The notes under the pieces: model-generated | Seen by the model: the letters and a program-made list of their open reading frames with translations, nothing else | The model's database searches: none | What the model was told of the DNA's origin: nothing | Program-made: the position numbers and the translations under genes | Shown: positions 9,560 through 18,704 of the stretch, one piece after another | How positions within the stretch are numbered: the stretch's first letter is position 1 | Layout: each line of letters starts with the position of its first letter | IMG/VR virus record: IMGVR_UViG_3300046171_000163 | Location: 1 to 61,796 of that record | Reading direction: 5' to 3' (one strand) | Length of the DNA stretch: 61,796 nucleotides | DNA from: a virus | Taxonomy: Duplodnaviria > Caudoviricetes

Positions 9560-10555
9560 ATGGCAACATATGAATCGAGACGTTATAATACTCCGGTACC
9601 TGACGCTAGTAAGATTGCTGACGGTTCAGTAAACAATACTGAGTTTCAACATCTAGACGGCGTTACATCAGACATACAAAGTCAGTTTACTGGTAAGCTT
9701 CCACTTGCCGGTGGAACGATGACCGGGGATTTAAACTTTGGTGACAACGTAGATATAAATGTTGGGGCTGGTACAGATCTAAAAATTCTACACGATGGTT
9801 CTAATAGCACTATTAAGAATGACACAGGTGCATTAATTATTAATGCTAATACTTTACAACTTAAAAACAATGCAAACGATGAAACGCTAGCAACTTTTGC
9901 TAACGGGGGCGCAGTAAATCTTCGTTTTAATGACGGTACAAAACTAGAAACTACAAACACTGGTGTAAATGTTACCGGGGAACTTGGAGCAACTGGAAAT
10001 ATTACAGCTAGTGGAAATGTAAATGGTAATGGGCAAAACCTTACAAATATAAACGGATCAAACATTTCATCCGGTACTGTAGCTGACGCAAGAATATCAA
10101 CTTTAACTGCAAGTAAATTAACAGGAGCTTTACCTGCAATCGATGGATCAAATTTAACAGGCATTGATTCAATTCCTAGTAGTTCTACAGCTGTAGGGGC
10201 TATAAAATATTTTGCTCTTTATTACGATGGTTCTGGTACTGATAGTAATACTAGTATAGGTGTCGGGACTGAAGTTGTTCCATCCACATATAATTCTAGT
10301 AATAAATATTTATCCAGTTCTGTAGAATATAACAACAGCGCTAGTTCCTCTGGACCACAAGACACAAGTAGTCTTGGTTATCTGGTTCCAGGGTTTTCTG
10401 GAACCTCTGGCGGTGTATCAGGTAAAACTAGAGCAACTGAATCAGGAACTTGGAGATGTATATCACAAGCTATTTATAATAAATTTACCACTTCAGGAAA
10501 CAGCGGTGGAACTTATACTATTTCTGGCGCCGGATTATTTCAGAGGATATCATAA
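9560..10555 (+). CDS. Tail fibre protein
   Basis: LPLAGGTMTG.L.FGDN...DL.I.HDG module shared with the 5281 fibre. Confidence 0.7.
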   Translation: MATYESRRYNTPVPDASKIADGSVNNTEFQHLDGVTSDIQSQFTGKLPLAGGTMTGDLNFGDNVDINVGAGTDLKILHDGSNSTIKNDTGALIINANTLQLKNNANDETLATFANGGAVNLRFNDGTKLETTNTGVNVTGELGATGNITASGNVNGNGQNLTNINGSNISSGTVADARISTLTASKLTGALPAIDGSNLTGIDSIPSSSTAVGAIKYFALYYDGSGTDSNTSIGVGTEVVPSTYNSSNKYLSSSVEYNNSASSSGPQDTSSLGYLVPGFSGTSGGVSGKTRATESGTWRCISQAIYNKFTTSGNSGGTYTISGAGLFQRIS

Positions 10556-11298
10556 TGGCAACATACGAATCAAAAAAATATAGAACTATACCAATTAACG
10601 CAGAACAGATAGCTGATGAGTCTATTAGCAATACAGAGTTCCAACATCTTAATGGTGTTACAGGAGATATACAGACTCAAATAGGTAACTTAGATACTAG
10701 CAAATTACCTAAAGCAGGTGGCACAATAACTGGCAATATTACTATCACTGATAATGATCATCTTTATGTTGGAGATGGTCAAGATTTAGATCTTTATTCT
10801 GATGGCAGTAAGATATTTTTTAAAACAAATGATTTAGCAATGCAAACATCTACTGGAGAAAACTATGCTGTAATGACTGCTAATGGTGCTGTGGCTTTAT
10901 ATTACGACAACTCGCAAAAAGTTACTACAACATCAAGTGGAGTTAGTGTTAGTGGTCTAATGGCCGCGACCACTGCTTCGACTACCGGTAACATGACTTG
11001 TGGTGGTGCCCTTACAGCTACCGGAGACATAACCGCATTTTCTAGTGAAGCATTGAAAGATGATATAAAAACAATTGACAACGCATTGAGCAAAGTATGT
11101 GATATGAGAGGTGTATATTATACCAAGGATGGTGAATCGGGGACCGGTGTTATAGCAGAAGAGATAGAAAAAGTTTTACCTGAAGTCGTTAGAGAAGGTG
11201 AGCACAAATCCGTTGCTTATGGAAATATTACAGGTATTCTTATTGAAGCTATTAAAGACTTAGGCTATGAGGTTAAAAAACTAAAGGAGTCTAAGTAA
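10555..11298 (+). CDS. Short tail fibre with S74-like chaperone domain
   Basis: GDITAFSSEALKDDI...NAL.KV..MRGV...GVIAEEIEKVLPEVV...SVAYGNI..ILIEAIK. Confidence 0.75.
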   Translation: MATYESKKYRTIPINAEQIADESISNTEFQHLNGVTGDIQTQIGNLDTSKLPKAGGTITGNITITDNDHLYVGDGQDLDLYSDGSKIFFKTNDLAMQTSTGENYAVMTANGAVALYYDNSQKVTTTSSGVSVSGLMAATTASTTGNMTCGGALTATGDITAFSSEALKDDIKTIDNALSKVCDMRGVYYTKDGESGTGVIAEEIEKVLPEVVREGEHKSVAYGNITGILIEAIKDLGYEVKKLKESK

Positions 11299-12080
11299 TG
11301 GCTGGTCTAGCTGCTAACACTAAAGTTCCATCATCTGGACCAATTTCTATTACTGCTCTTAAAGCTGCTTATGCTAATCAGATAGCACGAAACAATATGA
11401 ATGGAGGAGGTAATGGTAATAACATGGACTCATATAGAGGACCTTCATATCTTTCAGTTTCATCTGTGCCTTTTAATAGTACTACTGCACCAACTAGGCA
11501 ATATCCATCTAGTTCTGGATCAATAAGTTTTTCTCAAATGAGAAATAGAATTGATTGGTTACAAGCTACTCCAGTTGCTAACCAACAAATTAATATGATT
11601 TCAGATCAATATCCAATTGGAGGCTGTGCTGGAGCCGGTGTTAAAGGTATGAATTTTAGAACAGACGGTTCAAAAAATGTTGCTATTTATTGTGGTGGTG
11701 CGTATGCTGACTATTCTTCAGTTGGTTCAACAAATTATGACACTTCTTATGGTGGAACAGTTACTGCATGGACTGGTGACTCTACTAGTGACTACGGTCC
11801 TTCCCCTGTTGGTGGCACCGGCAAAACTTTTACTCTTAGCGGACTCAGTGGATCTAACCACGACGCAACTTCTAATCCAGGAAAAAGTATATACGCATAT
11901 AGTAGGGATAACGTTGTATTAACTGTTAGAATGCTTTGGAACTCAGATACTGGACTTGGTGTTCAAATTATATATAACTGTAAAGGTGGTACTTGGCCTA
12001 ATGGTAATGGCTATAGTTTAGTAACTCTTTGGAACTCAAACACTACACTTAACATGACCTTTGAGGAAACAACGGGATGA
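11298..12080 (+). CDS. Putative fibre-tip/adhesin protein
   Basis: PSSGPIS..L / PSS.GSISFS motifs; coupled to the S74 fibre; Gly/Ser/Tyr-rich. Confidence 0.5.
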   Translation: MAGLAANTKVPSSGPISITALKAAYANQIARNNMNGGGNGNNMDSYRGPSYLSVSSVPFNSTTAPTRQYPSSSGSISFSQMRNRIDWLQATPVANQQINMISDQYPIGGCAGAGVKGMNFRTDGSKNVAIYCGGAYADYSSVGSTNYDTSYGGTVTAWTGDSTSDYGPSPVGGTGKTFTLSGLSGSNHDATSNPGKSIYAYSRDNVVLTVRMLWNSDTGLGVQIIYNCKGGTWPNGNGYSLVTLWNSNTTLNMTFEETTG

Positions 12081-13918
12081 CATTAATTAAAGCACAATTT
12101 CAACCAGGCATCGATAAGCAAACTTCTACCTATGGCGCAGAAGGTAAATGGGTTGACTCTAAAAATGTTAGATTTAGAACAGGTCTACCAGAAAAAATTG
12201 GTGGTTGGGAAAAAGTTGTTAATAAATATATTGCTGGTGTGGTTAGAGGCGTTAAAGCATGGGTGTCAAACACAGGTGTGCGTTACATAGCTTTAGGAAC
12301 AGATAGAAAACTATATGTTTATTCCGAAGGTATTTTTTTCGATATTACTCCTTTGCGTAGAGACAATGTAGGACTAACTAATCCTTTTACAACTACTTCT
12401 GGTTCTTCAACAGTTACAGTTGCAGACAACAGTCACGGTTTTGCAGTTGGTGATTTTGTAATATTTAAAAACTTTTCAGCTGTTGGCGGTCTTGATATGA
12501 ACAATGAGTTTGAAGTCAAGTCTGTTGTTAATACTAATTCGTTTACAGTGCAACACACCTCAAATGCTACCGGTTCTGTATCAGGCGGAGGAGGTTCAGG
12601 AAATTTAGATGGTTTAATACCTGTTGGAACTAATGTTTCTACATTTGGTTTTGGTTGGGGTGTAGGTGCTTGGCAAGGAACTGGCCGAGCTTGGAACACA
12701 CCAAGTTCTACTTCTACTGTAGCGTTGGATGCTACTTACTGGTCATTAGATACGTTTGGTGAAGATTTATTAGCGATTCGTAATAATGATAAGTTGTATC
12801 GTTGGGATTTATCAGCGGGCACCGGAACGCGGGCCGCGGCTGTTGCAGGTGCACCAGAAAGAAGTCGTTTGACCTTAGTGTCTTCTCCTGACCGACATAT
12901 ATTTTTATTTGGTACAGAGGTAACAATTGGAAATGCAACTACACAAGATGATTTATTTTTAAGGTTTTCTTCACAAGAAGATTTTAATACATGGGCTCCA
13001 GCAAGTACAAATACTGCTGGTACTTTTAGGATACAAGACGGCTCTAAAATTATGTCTGCAGTTAGGTCTAGAGGATCTATTCTTGTGTGGACAGATACAG
13101 CATTACACTCGCTTAATAATATCGGTCCACCTTTTATTTTTGGTCTAAGTCAAATTGGAGCAAACTGTGGAGCGGTGTCACCTAATTCAGTAGTTGATGT
13201 TAATGGTGTAACTTTCTGGATGTCACAAACAGCTTTCTATATGTTTGATGGTGCAATTAAAAAACTACCTTGCACTGTTCAAGATTTTGTATTTGATGAT
13301 ATTGATGGTACTGCACAAGGGCAAGTAGCTGCAGCAGTTAACACTGATTTTAATGAAGTAACTTGGTTTTATCCGACTAACAATTCTAACTTTTTAAATA
13401 AATCAGTTACGTATAATTATTTAGAAAACGTTTGGTATACTAATGATGGGTTTGCTAGAACAGGTTGGATCGATCGTGGTGTTTATAGTGCGCCTTATGC
13501 ACCCTGTTATAAACCAACTGTTTTACCTAACAATGAAGTTATCATGGGTGTTACTGCTGGGTCTAGTATACTATATGCACATGAAGCAGGTTTTAATGAT
13601 GACGGTGCAGCGATGGAATGTGAAATAACTAGTGGTGACTTTGACATACAAGAAGGCGACGAAGTATTTTTATGTAATAGAGTATTGCCTGATTTTAAAA
13701 CACTTACTGGTAATGCTGATGTTAGAGTTAGGTTTGCTAATTACCCTGCAAGTACAAACACCAGAGATTTTACATCAACAATAACAGACACGACTAAATT
13801 CTTCTCTGTCAGAGGCAGAGGACGACAAGCAAATCTTAAAATTAGTGCTGATGCTGTTAATGATAACTGGAGATTTGGAACTATACGAATGGACATTAAA
13901 CCGGATGGCAGAAGATAA
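12077..13918 (+). CDS. Tail nozzle/DNA stabilisation protein (P22 gp10 / tail tubular B-like)
   Basis: PGIDK....Y..EG.W.D..NVRFR.G.PEKIGGW N-terminus, beta-propeller-like body, ends D.KPDGRR. Confidence 0.7.
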   Translation: MTLIKAQFQPGIDKQTSTYGAEGKWVDSKNVRFRTGLPEKIGGWEKVVNKYIAGVVRGVKAWVSNTGVRYIALGTDRKLYVYSEGIFFDITPLRRDNVGLTNPFTTTSGSSTVTVADNSHGFAVGDFVIFKNFSAVGGLDMNNEFEVKSVVNTNSFTVQHTSNATGSVSGGGGSGNLDGLIPVGTNVSTFGFGWGVGAWQGTGRAWNTPSSTSTVALDATYWSLDTFGEDLLAIRNNDKLYRWDLSAGTGTRAAAVAGAPERSRLTLVSSPDRHIFLFGTEVTIGNATTQDDLFLRFSSQEDFNTWAPASTNTAGTFRIQDGSKIMSAVRSRGSILVWTDTALHSLNNIGPPFIFGLSQIGANCGAVSPNSVVDVNGVTFWMSQTAFYMFDGAIKKLPCTVQDFVFDDIDGTAQGQVAAAVNTDFNEVTWFYPTNNSNFLNKSVTYNYLENVWYTNDGFARTGWIDRGVYSAPYAPCYKPTVLPNNEVIMGVTAGSSILYAHEAGFNDDGAAMECEITSGDFDIQEGDEVFLCNRVLPDFKTLTGNADVRVRFANYPASTNTRDFTSTITDTTKFFSVRGRGRQANLKISADAVNDNWRFGTIRMDIKPDGRR

Positions 13919-14085
13919 TGGCTAGAATTAATATTACTAGGCTTCCGTTGCCGCAAGATAAGTTTGATAGACAACAGCAAGATATTCTGATACGTGAATT
14001 AGAAAGTATCATACAACAGTTAAACTTTACGTACCAGCAAGATCTACGTGAAGAGCTAACAGCAAGGATATGGTTTTTAAAATGA
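13918..14085 (+). CDS. Small hypothetical virion protein (55 aa, absent from ORF track)
   Basis: MARINITRLPLP...LREELTARIWFLK; coupled by TAATG and ATGA overlaps. Confidence 0.6.
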   Translation: MARINITRLPLPQDKFDRQQQDILIRELESIIQQLNFTYQQDLREELTARIWFLK

Positions 14086-14438
14086 GTGATGTATATAAAA
14101 ATAGAAGTGTAACTTTAGCTACTACAAACCAAACAGTAATATATACGGTGCCAACAGCTAACGTTACTACGGTGCCACCACAAAAACCAGTGCAAGCTTT
14201 GATCAAGTCTATCCGAGTATGTAATGATTCAGGAGGAGCGGTTACAATAACAATAGTAAATACAGACGCTAGTGTTGGTGCGGATATTAAAATTACAAAC
14301 CTTTTATCTATTGCGTCAAACACTGCCGTAGAAATACTGGATCAAACTTTGGTGGTAGAAGACGGAGACATAATTAAAGCAACAGCTAGCTCAGGAGGCG
14401 CGCTAGATATAATAGTTTCAGTATTGGAGATAACATAA
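14082..14438 (+). CDS. Hypothetical virion protein
   Basis: ATGA-coupled start MSDVYKN; YTVP...IKSI.VCN...LEIT. Confidence 0.55.
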   Translation: MSDVYKNRSVTLATTNQTVIYTVPTANVTTVPPQKPVQALIKSIRVCNDSGGAVTITIVNTDASVGADIKITNLLSIASNTAVEILDQTLVVEDGDIIKATASSGGALDIIVSVLEIT

Positions 14439-14680
14439 TGAAAAAAATACAAGACGCTAAAATCATAGGACATCAGCAAATAGAGGGTAAAAAAGTACCT
14501 GTTCTACAACCTGAGGTACACCAACGAATCTATTGCAAAAACTGCGAGAATGAGGTAGATTCAGACGAAGAGGCAACTGGAGTATGCAGTAATTGTGGTG
14601 AGCCTTGGGCAGTCCACAAAGCTAAAGATATTCAAGTGAAAGTAATTCAGATACCTATAGGTTCTGGAACTGGCGAATAA
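14438..14680 (+). CDS. Small Zn-ribbon protein
   Basis: CKNC and CSNC pairs. Confidence 0.5.
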   Translation: MKKIQDAKIIGHQQIEGKKVPVLQPEVHQRIYCKNCENEVDSDEEATGVCSNCGEPWAVHKAKDIQVKVIQIPIGSGTGE

Positions 14681-14707
14681 ACAAGACTAGCCAACTTGCG
14701 ATAAATT

Positions 14708-15121
14708 ATGGATGATCTGTTAGACATCATAGCCCTATATAAAGACCACTATCCTTTATGGGCCAACGACAGTTTAAAAGACATTTATGCACATATTTAT
14801 CCTTCTCTAATTTTAAATCAGTTTACCGTTAATCGTGATGATGACGGGATTTACGGGTTTACAAATTGGGCGTTTTTAAATGACGAAACAGAACAAAAAT
14901 TTTTAGACGAAAGATCGTTAGATCTAAATGAATGGAAGACTGGAAATAAGACTTGGGTTATAGATACGATATATACAAAAGAACACAATGCTATGAAATT
15001 TAATAAAACATTTTTTACTCATTTATTAGGCCCAGGAAAAACAGTGCAATGGTTGCGACTAGCTCCAAATGGATTAATCAGAAACCATTTTAAAGTTATT
15101 ACAAAGGAGGCCTGGTTGTAA
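14708..15121 (+). CDS. HlyC-like (RTX toxin-activating lysine acyltransferase family) protein
   Basis: P.L.LNQF...G..GF.NWAFL..E.E..F......L...EWK.G...WVID motif. Confidence 0.65.
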   Translation: MDDLLDIIALYKDHYPLWANDSLKDIYAHIYPSLILNQFTVNRDDDGIYGFTNWAFLNDETEQKFLDERSLDLNEWKTGNKTWVIDTIYTKEHNAMKFNKTFFTHLLGPGKTVQWLRLAPNGLIRNHFKVITKEAWL

Positions 15122-16131
15122 TGGGTTCTATTAAGAAAAAATTAACAAAAACACTTCGTAAGATTACACCAAAAGAGATAGCACCTATTTTACCTTTTGT
15201 GGCTATGGCTATTCCAGGTATGCAAGGAATAGGGATGGCTATGAGATATGCCTTACCACAACTATTAACAGCAGCAGCATCGGCAAGACAATCAGGTGAC
15301 ATAAATTTAATGAACCAAGCATTGGCATTAGCTGGAAGTTATGCAGCAGGTCCTGGTGGATCAGCAGCTACTGACGCACAAAAAGCTTTTGCCGCAAAGG
15401 CACCTCAAACTGAAATGATTAATGCATCTAGAAGTGCTAGAGGAGCATCGTCTTTAGGACAAATATCAAACCCAACTTTAGCAGCAACTAATCCAGCTGC
15501 TTTTGCCGCAAATAATGCAAAAGACTACTCTGCTTTTTTAACAAATAATCCAAACATAGAGAGATCTTTCATGGATTCTTTTAGAGAAAATATTTTACAG
15601 CCCGCTAACGCAGGTTTGAATGATCCGTTTAGTAAAAAAGGTTTGATGACTATAGGTGGCGCTGGTGCGACCATGGCAACAACTGATTATGCTAAGAAAA
15701 AAGAAAATGAAATGGAACAAGAAAACGAAGAACGAATGGGTTTCATCGGAGATTACTATGACGCAACAGAAGCAATGAAAGATTATTTTGTAAACCAAGA
15801 ATACAGTTTAGAAGATGTTTATGGTAAAGGTAATATACCAAGTTTCTTACTTGCAAACGGTGGTCGTGTTAATAAAAACATGGGCGGTATAATGAATGCT
15901 GGAAGTATTCCACAAACAATGTCTATTCCACAAGGTATGCAGTTAGACGGTAGAGGTGGCGGTTTTATACCAATGGGTGCACAAGAAAAACAAGATGACG
16001 TGCCAGCGATGTTAGCAAAGAATGAATTTGTAATGACGTCGGATGCAGTAAGAGCAGCTGGCGGCGGTAGTGTTGAAAAAGGTGCACAAAAAATGTATGA
16101 CTTAATGAATCAATTAGAGGCTCAAGCATAA
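15121..16131 (+). CDS. Internal virion/ejection protein
   Basis: Hydrophobic Ala/Gly-rich N-terminus; C-terminal GG.FIP.G..EK.DDVPAML.KNEFVMT.DAVR.AGGG. Confidence 0.6.
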   Translation: MGSIKKKLTKTLRKITPKEIAPILPFVAMAIPGMQGIGMAMRYALPQLLTAAASARQSGDINLMNQALALAGSYAAGPGGSAATDAQKAFAAKAPQTEMINASRSARGASSLGQISNPTLAATNPAAFAANNAKDYSAFLTNNPNIERSFMDSFRENILQPANAGLNDPFSKKGLMTIGGAGATMATTDYAKKKENEMEQENEERMGFIGDYYDATEAMKDYFVNQEYSLEDVYGKGNIPSFLLANGGRVNKNMGGIMNAGSIPQTMSIPQGMQLDGRGGGFIPMGAQEKQDDVPAMLAKNEFVMTSDAVRAAGGGSVEKGAQKMYDLMNQLEAQA

Positions 16132-17423
16132 TGGCAACATATGAAGAAATATTAGCTGATATAAACAAAGCTAGAGAAAATTTACCTAAAGAGTCCCTTA
16201 GTATTAGTGAAGGTTCTCCTGCTTATGAAGCGTTAGTTGCAGCCTATGCACCTGAGTTAGCAAAACTAGGAAAGACTCCTATACCACAAAAAGGACCACT
16301 ATTACCATCTGTTGCAGGACAAACTGATTTACAAGGTGAAGCGGCTACACTAGCAGCAAGACAAGCAGGACTCATAGGTGCCAACCAATCAATGGTTTTC
16401 AACCCTGCTACGGGAACATTTGATTTACCTGCAAATCCACAAGGAGGAATTGCGGGATATCAACAGTATTTAGATGACGCGACTACAGCACAACAAGCAG
16501 GGCAAGATTTAATTATAGATCCAGCAACAGGTAAAGCAAGACCAGCGGCTGGCGGTACAGCGATGACAAATGCACAAACTGCTTTTGATGCTCAACAAGC
16601 GGCAGCGGCGGCAGGACAAGGAGCAAGTGATGCGTATACACAAGCGGCAGCAGGTTATGTAGGCCCAGGTGCTTATCAGCAATTTATGTCTCCATATCAG
16701 CAAGACGTTATCGATGCGACTATGGCCGACATGAATCAGAAACTACAAGAACAACAAGCGCAACTTGGTGCAAGTGCCGGTAATGCTTTTGGTGGTGGAC
16801 GATTTGGAGTTGCACAAGGACAACTAGCTTCATCTGGAGCTATCGGTCAAGCATTGGCTGGAGCGCAATTAAGACAACAAGGATTTAGTCAAGCACAACA
16901 AGCAGCAGCACAAGCATACCAACAACAAATGGGTATGGGTTCACAGGCAATGCAACAGGCGCAACAAAACGCAGGTCTATACGGAGCAGCTGGACAATCT
17001 CAATTAGGATTATCGCAAGCTCAACAAGGACAGCTAGCAACTCAATTACAACAATTAGGTCAACAAGGACAAATGGCACAAGGAATGGCTACATTACAAC
17101 CACAACTTGCTGCACAAAACATTGGTCAGATTGGTCAACTTGGTGCACAACAACAAGCACAAGCACAAACAATTCTAGACACTGCAAGAGCAGCAGCGAA
17201 ACAACAAGCTTACGAGCCGTATGAAAGATTAAGTTTCATGGGTAGTCAGTTAACAGGATTAAAAGGTGGATACCCTGGAGCTACATATAGTGCAGCACCA
17301 CAACCAGGAACTAGTCCAACTGCAGGAATCTTAGGACTACTAACAGGAGGCGCGGGCCTTGCAACGGGGATCGCGGGTATGATGAATCCTCAACCAACAT
17401 TTAACTTTCCAATGGGTGGGTAA
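16131..17423 (+). CDS. Gln/Ala-rich DNA transfer/ejection protein
   Basis: YQQFMSPYQQDVID, AFGGGRFGV, Q-rich helices, hydrophobic C-terminus. Confidence 0.65.
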   Translation: MATYEEILADINKARENLPKESLSISEGSPAYEALVAAYAPELAKLGKTPIPQKGPLLPSVAGQTDLQGEAATLAARQAGLIGANQSMVFNPATGTFDLPANPQGGIAGYQQYLDDATTAQQAGQDLIIDPATGKARPAAGGTAMTNAQTAFDAQQAAAAAGQGASDAYTQAAAGYVGPGAYQQFMSPYQQDVIDATMADMNQKLQEQQAQLGASAGNAFGGGRFGVAQGQLASSGAIGQALAGAQLRQQGFSQAQQAAAQAYQQQMGMGSQAMQQAQQNAGLYGAAGQSQLGLSQAQQGQLATQLQQLGQQGQMAQGMATLQPQLAAQNIGQIGQLGAQQQAQAQTILDTARAAAKQQAYEPYERLSFMGSQLTGLKGGYPGATYSAAPQPGTSPTAGILGLLTGGAGLATGIAGMMNPQPTFNFPMGG

Positions 17424-18703
17424 TGTCTAAAATATTAAAAAGAAAAATGTTTAAATTAGGTGGTGAGGTCAGTAAGTCTCACGGCGTTGGATTAACACAC
17501 GGATTAAAATTTAATAAAGGTGGTAAAGTTGCTCCTGTAGGTAGTGACGTTTATCCAAAAGTTATGGGCCCCGATGGTCAAATGAGAGAAGGACATGGTC
17601 TTGGAATGCTTTTTGCTCCAGGTATGGCAATAGCTAGAAGTGGAGCTGGACTTGCAGCGAAAGGATTAGGTAAACTAGCGCCAGGTTTTTTAAAGAACTT
17701 TGGTAGTAAAGGTGGCGTAAAAGATTTTGTATTAAAGTCATCAACTGGTTCAACTAGACCTAGTACAAAACAAATTGCAAGAATGACACCAGACGAAATA
17801 GCAAGAACTGTTGGTAAGTATGGTTTTGGTCCAACAGGTCGTGGAGCTCAAGGATTAAGAGCGGCTCAGCTAGCTTTAACTCCAACTGGGCTAACTGCTA
17901 CAGGCGTAGGCTTAGCAGGTGCAGCAGCTCAAAGAGCAGGGTTATTAAATCCTATAGAAGCAGATGATGCCCCATTTACTAAATTTGGTAAGGGAACATT
18001 ACAATCATTAGCTGATTTTAATTTACTAAATGCTGCATCACTGGGAATTCAAAAAGGTGTGGGTGTAGAAGATCCAAAAGGTTTATACGAACTAGTTGCT
18101 GGAGGAGACAAAGTTAAAAAAGTAAAGAGTATTGCTAAAGAAACCACAGAAAAAGAAGAAGAAGATATGTCAGAAATGCAAAGTGAAGCACAAAGAAGAA
18201 TGGCAGAGTACTATCAACTTCTAGGTGGTGGACAAACAAATAAAATGATGCAAGCAAGTAAAGCTTTATTAGCGGCAGCTCCATTAGTGTCTGACGGTGA
18301 CTATGCAAGAGCAATGTCAGCAGCTGGTGGCGAACTAATAGAAGCACAAGAACAAGATGGAAAAATTGCACAAGAAGCAGCGTTGATGACAATACAAGAA
18401 ATGAGACAAGAAGAAGCTGCTAAACAAGAAACTATTAATCAGATTATGTTAAACAACGGCATAGACTCAGCAGTAGAAGCAGAGCGTGTCTACGAGGCTA
18501 TGGAAAAAACAGGATCAGCATCAGCTATTAAACAATTACCTCTTAAAACAAATGGTAAACAAGATACTGAGCTAACTCAACCGGGTGTAGTCTACACAGA
18601 CGTAACTAACATATCTGGATCATTGTTTGTTGTTTATAACTCAGCCGAAGAACCACTAAGGACAAACGACTACCAGGCCGCATTAGCTCACGCGGAGGAG
18701 TAA
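17423..18703 (+). CDS. Internal virion protein
   Basis: MSKILKRKMFKLGG N-terminus, in ejection cluster. Confidence 0.55.
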   Translation: MSKILKRKMFKLGGEVSKSHGVGLTHGLKFNKGGKVAPVGSDVYPKVMGPDGQMREGHGLGMLFAPGMAIARSGAGLAAKGLGKLAPGFLKNFGSKGGVKDFVLKSSTGSTRPSTKQIARMTPDEIARTVGKYGFGPTGRGAQGLRAAQLALTPTGLTATGVGLAGAAAQRAGLLNPIEADDAPFTKFGKGTLQSLADFNLLNAASLGIQKGVGVEDPKGLYELVAGGDKVKKVKSIAKETTEKEEEDMSEMQSEAQRRMAEYYQLLGGGQTNKMMQASKALLAAAPLVSDGDYARAMSAAGGELIEAQEQDGKIAQEAALMTIQEMRQEEAAKQETINQIMLNNGIDSAVEAERVYEAMEKTGSASAIKQLPLKTNGKQDTELTQPGVVYTDVTNISGSLFVVYNSAEEPLRTNDYQAALAHAEE

Positions 18704-18704
18704 C

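Noticed and set aside
5281-12080. Diversity-generating retroelement or invertible fibre cassette
   Set aside because: No reverse transcriptase, recombinase, template/variable repeat pair or flanking inverted repeats seen.
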